Origin: Eledone cirrhosa
Taxonomy: Eukaryota
DNA length: 64,000 bases
Assembly (NCBI GenBank): GCA_964016885.1
Contig: OZ024751.1
Span: forward strand, 44,020,001-44,084,000
Reading direction: 5' to 3'
Below are positions 61,401 through 64,000 of this stretch, one piece after another. Numbering within the stretch: position 1 is the first letter of the stretch; every line of letters starts with the position of its first letter. The translations under genes and the position numbers were made by a program. The notes under the pieces are model-generated. The model had not been told where the DNA came from. It saw only the letters and a program-made list of their open reading frames with translations, and did no database searches.

Positions 61401-61611
61401 TATAGAGAAGGTGACAGAGGTGGTGGTGGTGGTAGTGGTAGTAGTAGTAGTAGTAGAAATATAGAGGTGGTGGTAGAAGTAGAGAGCGGCGACAGTGAGA
61501 GTGAGAGGTAATGGGGCAATGTGAAGTGTGATTATATACAACAACATTAGTTCTTCATGTGTGAATGTTCTGACACCTTAATATTGGATTGGAAAGCCCG
61601 CTTAGATCACC

Positions 61612-62760
61612 ATATATACATTGTATACATAGATATATACATAGATATATAGATATATATACATAGATATACATAGATACATAGATATATAGATATATAC
61701 ATAGATATATAGACATATATACATAGATATATACATAGATATATAGACATATATACATAGATATACATAGATATATACATAGATTTATACATAGATATAT
61801 AGACATATATACATAGATATACATAGATATATACATAGATATATACATAGATATATAGATATATATACATAGATATACATAGATATATACATAGATATAT
61901 ACATAGATATATACATAGATGCATAGATGTATAGACATATATATACATAGATAGATACATAGATGTATAGACATATATATACATAGATAGATACATAGAT
62001 ATATAGACATATATATACATAGATATACATAGATAGATACATAGATATATAGACATACATAGATAGATACATAGATATATAGACATATATATACATAGAT
62101 ATACATAGATAGATACATAGATATATAGACATATATATACATAGATATACATAGATAGATACATAGATATATAGACATATATATACATAGATATACATAG
62201 ATAGATACATAGATATATAGACATATATATACATAGATATACATAGATAGATACATAGATATATAGACATATATATACATAGATATACATAGATAGATAC
62301 ATAGATAAATAGACATATATATACATAGATAGATACATAGATGTATAGACATATATATACATAGATAGATACATAGATGTATAGACATATATAGATATAT
62401 ATAGATATATATAGATACATAGATGTATAGACATATATATATACATAGATAGATACGTAGATGTATAGACATATATATACATAGATAGATACATAGATAT
62501 ATAGACATATATATACATAGATAGATACATAGATATATAGACATATATATACATAGATAGATACATAGATATATAGACATATATATACATAGATAGATAC
62601 ATAGATGTATAGACATATATAGACATATATAGATATATATAGATACATAGATATATAGATACTTACATCGTAATACATAGATATATAGACATATATAGAT
62701 ATATAGATACATAGATATATAGATATATAGACATATATAGATATATAGATACATAGATAT
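61612..62760. repeat. Compound GATA/TA-derived minisatellite
   Basis: Higher-order units built from ATACATAGAT / ATAGAC; continues at 63907-64000. Confidence 0.85.
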
Positions 62761-63908
62761 GTTTCTTTTATTTGCCACTAGGGCATCAAAAGTGGGACAA
62801 GTACAAAGGGGGGAGTTTACACAAAAAGGCGTCCTCAATAAGGAGGAGGCAATAACAAAATATAAAAATAAAATAAGATATAACAAAAAATAAAATTTAT
62901 AACAAAATCCTCAATAGAGAGGAGGCGCCTTGGGGGGTCGCACACACCCCCGAAAAAAGTGTGCAACCCTTTTCCTCAGGAGCACAGAGAGGGGGTGCTC
63001 CCTCGTTCCTTCCTCTTTTCCACCTACAGGCTTATGTAAAGAGAAGGCCCATTCACACGGGCCATTCTCGCCACTTTCACCCACCTTTCATAAAAACGAC
63101 TGGGGTGCAGCACCTCTCTCTCCATCCTGATCCTTCTTCCGAAATGATATCGGAAGAAACGGACCAGTTGTTGGCCAGAGAGAAAGGTGCCTGACCTCAG
63201 TCCTTTCAGACGCGTCCACCATACAACCTCTTTCGCCATGGCTATTACGCACAGAAACACCGCCTCTGCTTCATCTTTGAAGGGGGGAGGCGGCTTGATC
63301 ATTACAATAGACTCGGTGGTCAACCGGATCGGTCCCACCCTTGACAGCAGTTGTTCGACATAGCCCCACAGATCGGCTACGCCCGAGCAGTGTACCAATG
63401 CGTGTGCAACGGTTTCCTCGTCGCACACGCATCTGGGACAGATCTTTTTGGCGGGGTCCCTACCCGGGCGCCCGTGTCTGTAGAGCCTTTCTCGAACGGG
63501 TAAAGCCGCTCGGTAGCACTGCCAGGCCAGGGACTTCTGGAAGTTGTCCATAGGTCCCGGGCTGAATGTCCTACCGAACAGGCTGGCCAGTTCGTCCTCC
63601 TCCATGTCTAGGGCTTCTCCGAGGGCGTCGTCGCACCTGCTGCGTACCAGCCCTCTATAGAATGTTGCGGTGGAGTCTCCACTGATAACCGGATCCGCCT
63701 GCCAGTGGGCGGTGAGCGCCTGGGCACACTCAGTGTGTCAGGCGCCCAGTTTTCTCGGTCTTTGCTTGACCCAGGATTGCAGCTCGGTGAGTAAGACGAG
63801 TCTGGGAAAGGTTCGTCTCACAAACGAGGCCCACACCGGTTGTCCGGTGAGGAATACGTAGAGGTGCCGTAGCCTTAATGCGTGTTTACGCATCATTAGC
63901 CACGGCAT
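62761..63908 (-). mobile_element. 5'-truncated Tx1-like LINE with candidate 16-18-bp TSD
   Basis: ORF2 C-terminal region and 3'UTR on the minus strand; ATATAGATACATAGATAT at 62743-62760 and 63907-63924. Confidence 0.93.
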
Positions 63909-64000
63909 ATAGATACATAGATATATAGATATATAGACATATATAGATATATATAGATATATAGAAACTTACATAGTAATACATAGATATATAGATATAT

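Overview
Microsatellite-saturated animal genomic DNA; the SINE repertoire and (TA)n/(TATC)n/(CA)n density suggest octopus, which is inference. The only host coding exon I can support is the 5' homeobox exon of retinal homeobox (Rx) at 1008-1228; the remaining ~62.7 kb looks like its following intron, with a 200-N gap at 50573-50772. Nearly all short ORFs in the track are translated microsatellites. Two microsatellite-associated retroelement systems stand out. (1) A Tx1/L1-clade LINE occurs in nine pieces, including a 5'-complete copy with ORF1 and APE-RT ORF2. It sits only in (TATC)n, in one polarity, and stacks head-to-tail. (2) Several unrelated short non-coding elements sit in (TA)n and carry minimal type I hammerhead ribozymes (Penelope-like/retrozyme type). 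They share one architecture: a long arm, often a circularly permuted partial tandem, plus a 5' fold-back arm. The clearest is a 310-bp x ~5 array at 34760-36326. Also present: RTE-like ~610-bp elements, tRNA SINEs, a non-autonomous Helitron, a hAT MITE and the 31-bp minisatellite derived from it, and a U6 pseudogene. All RNA structures were read by eye, not computed.
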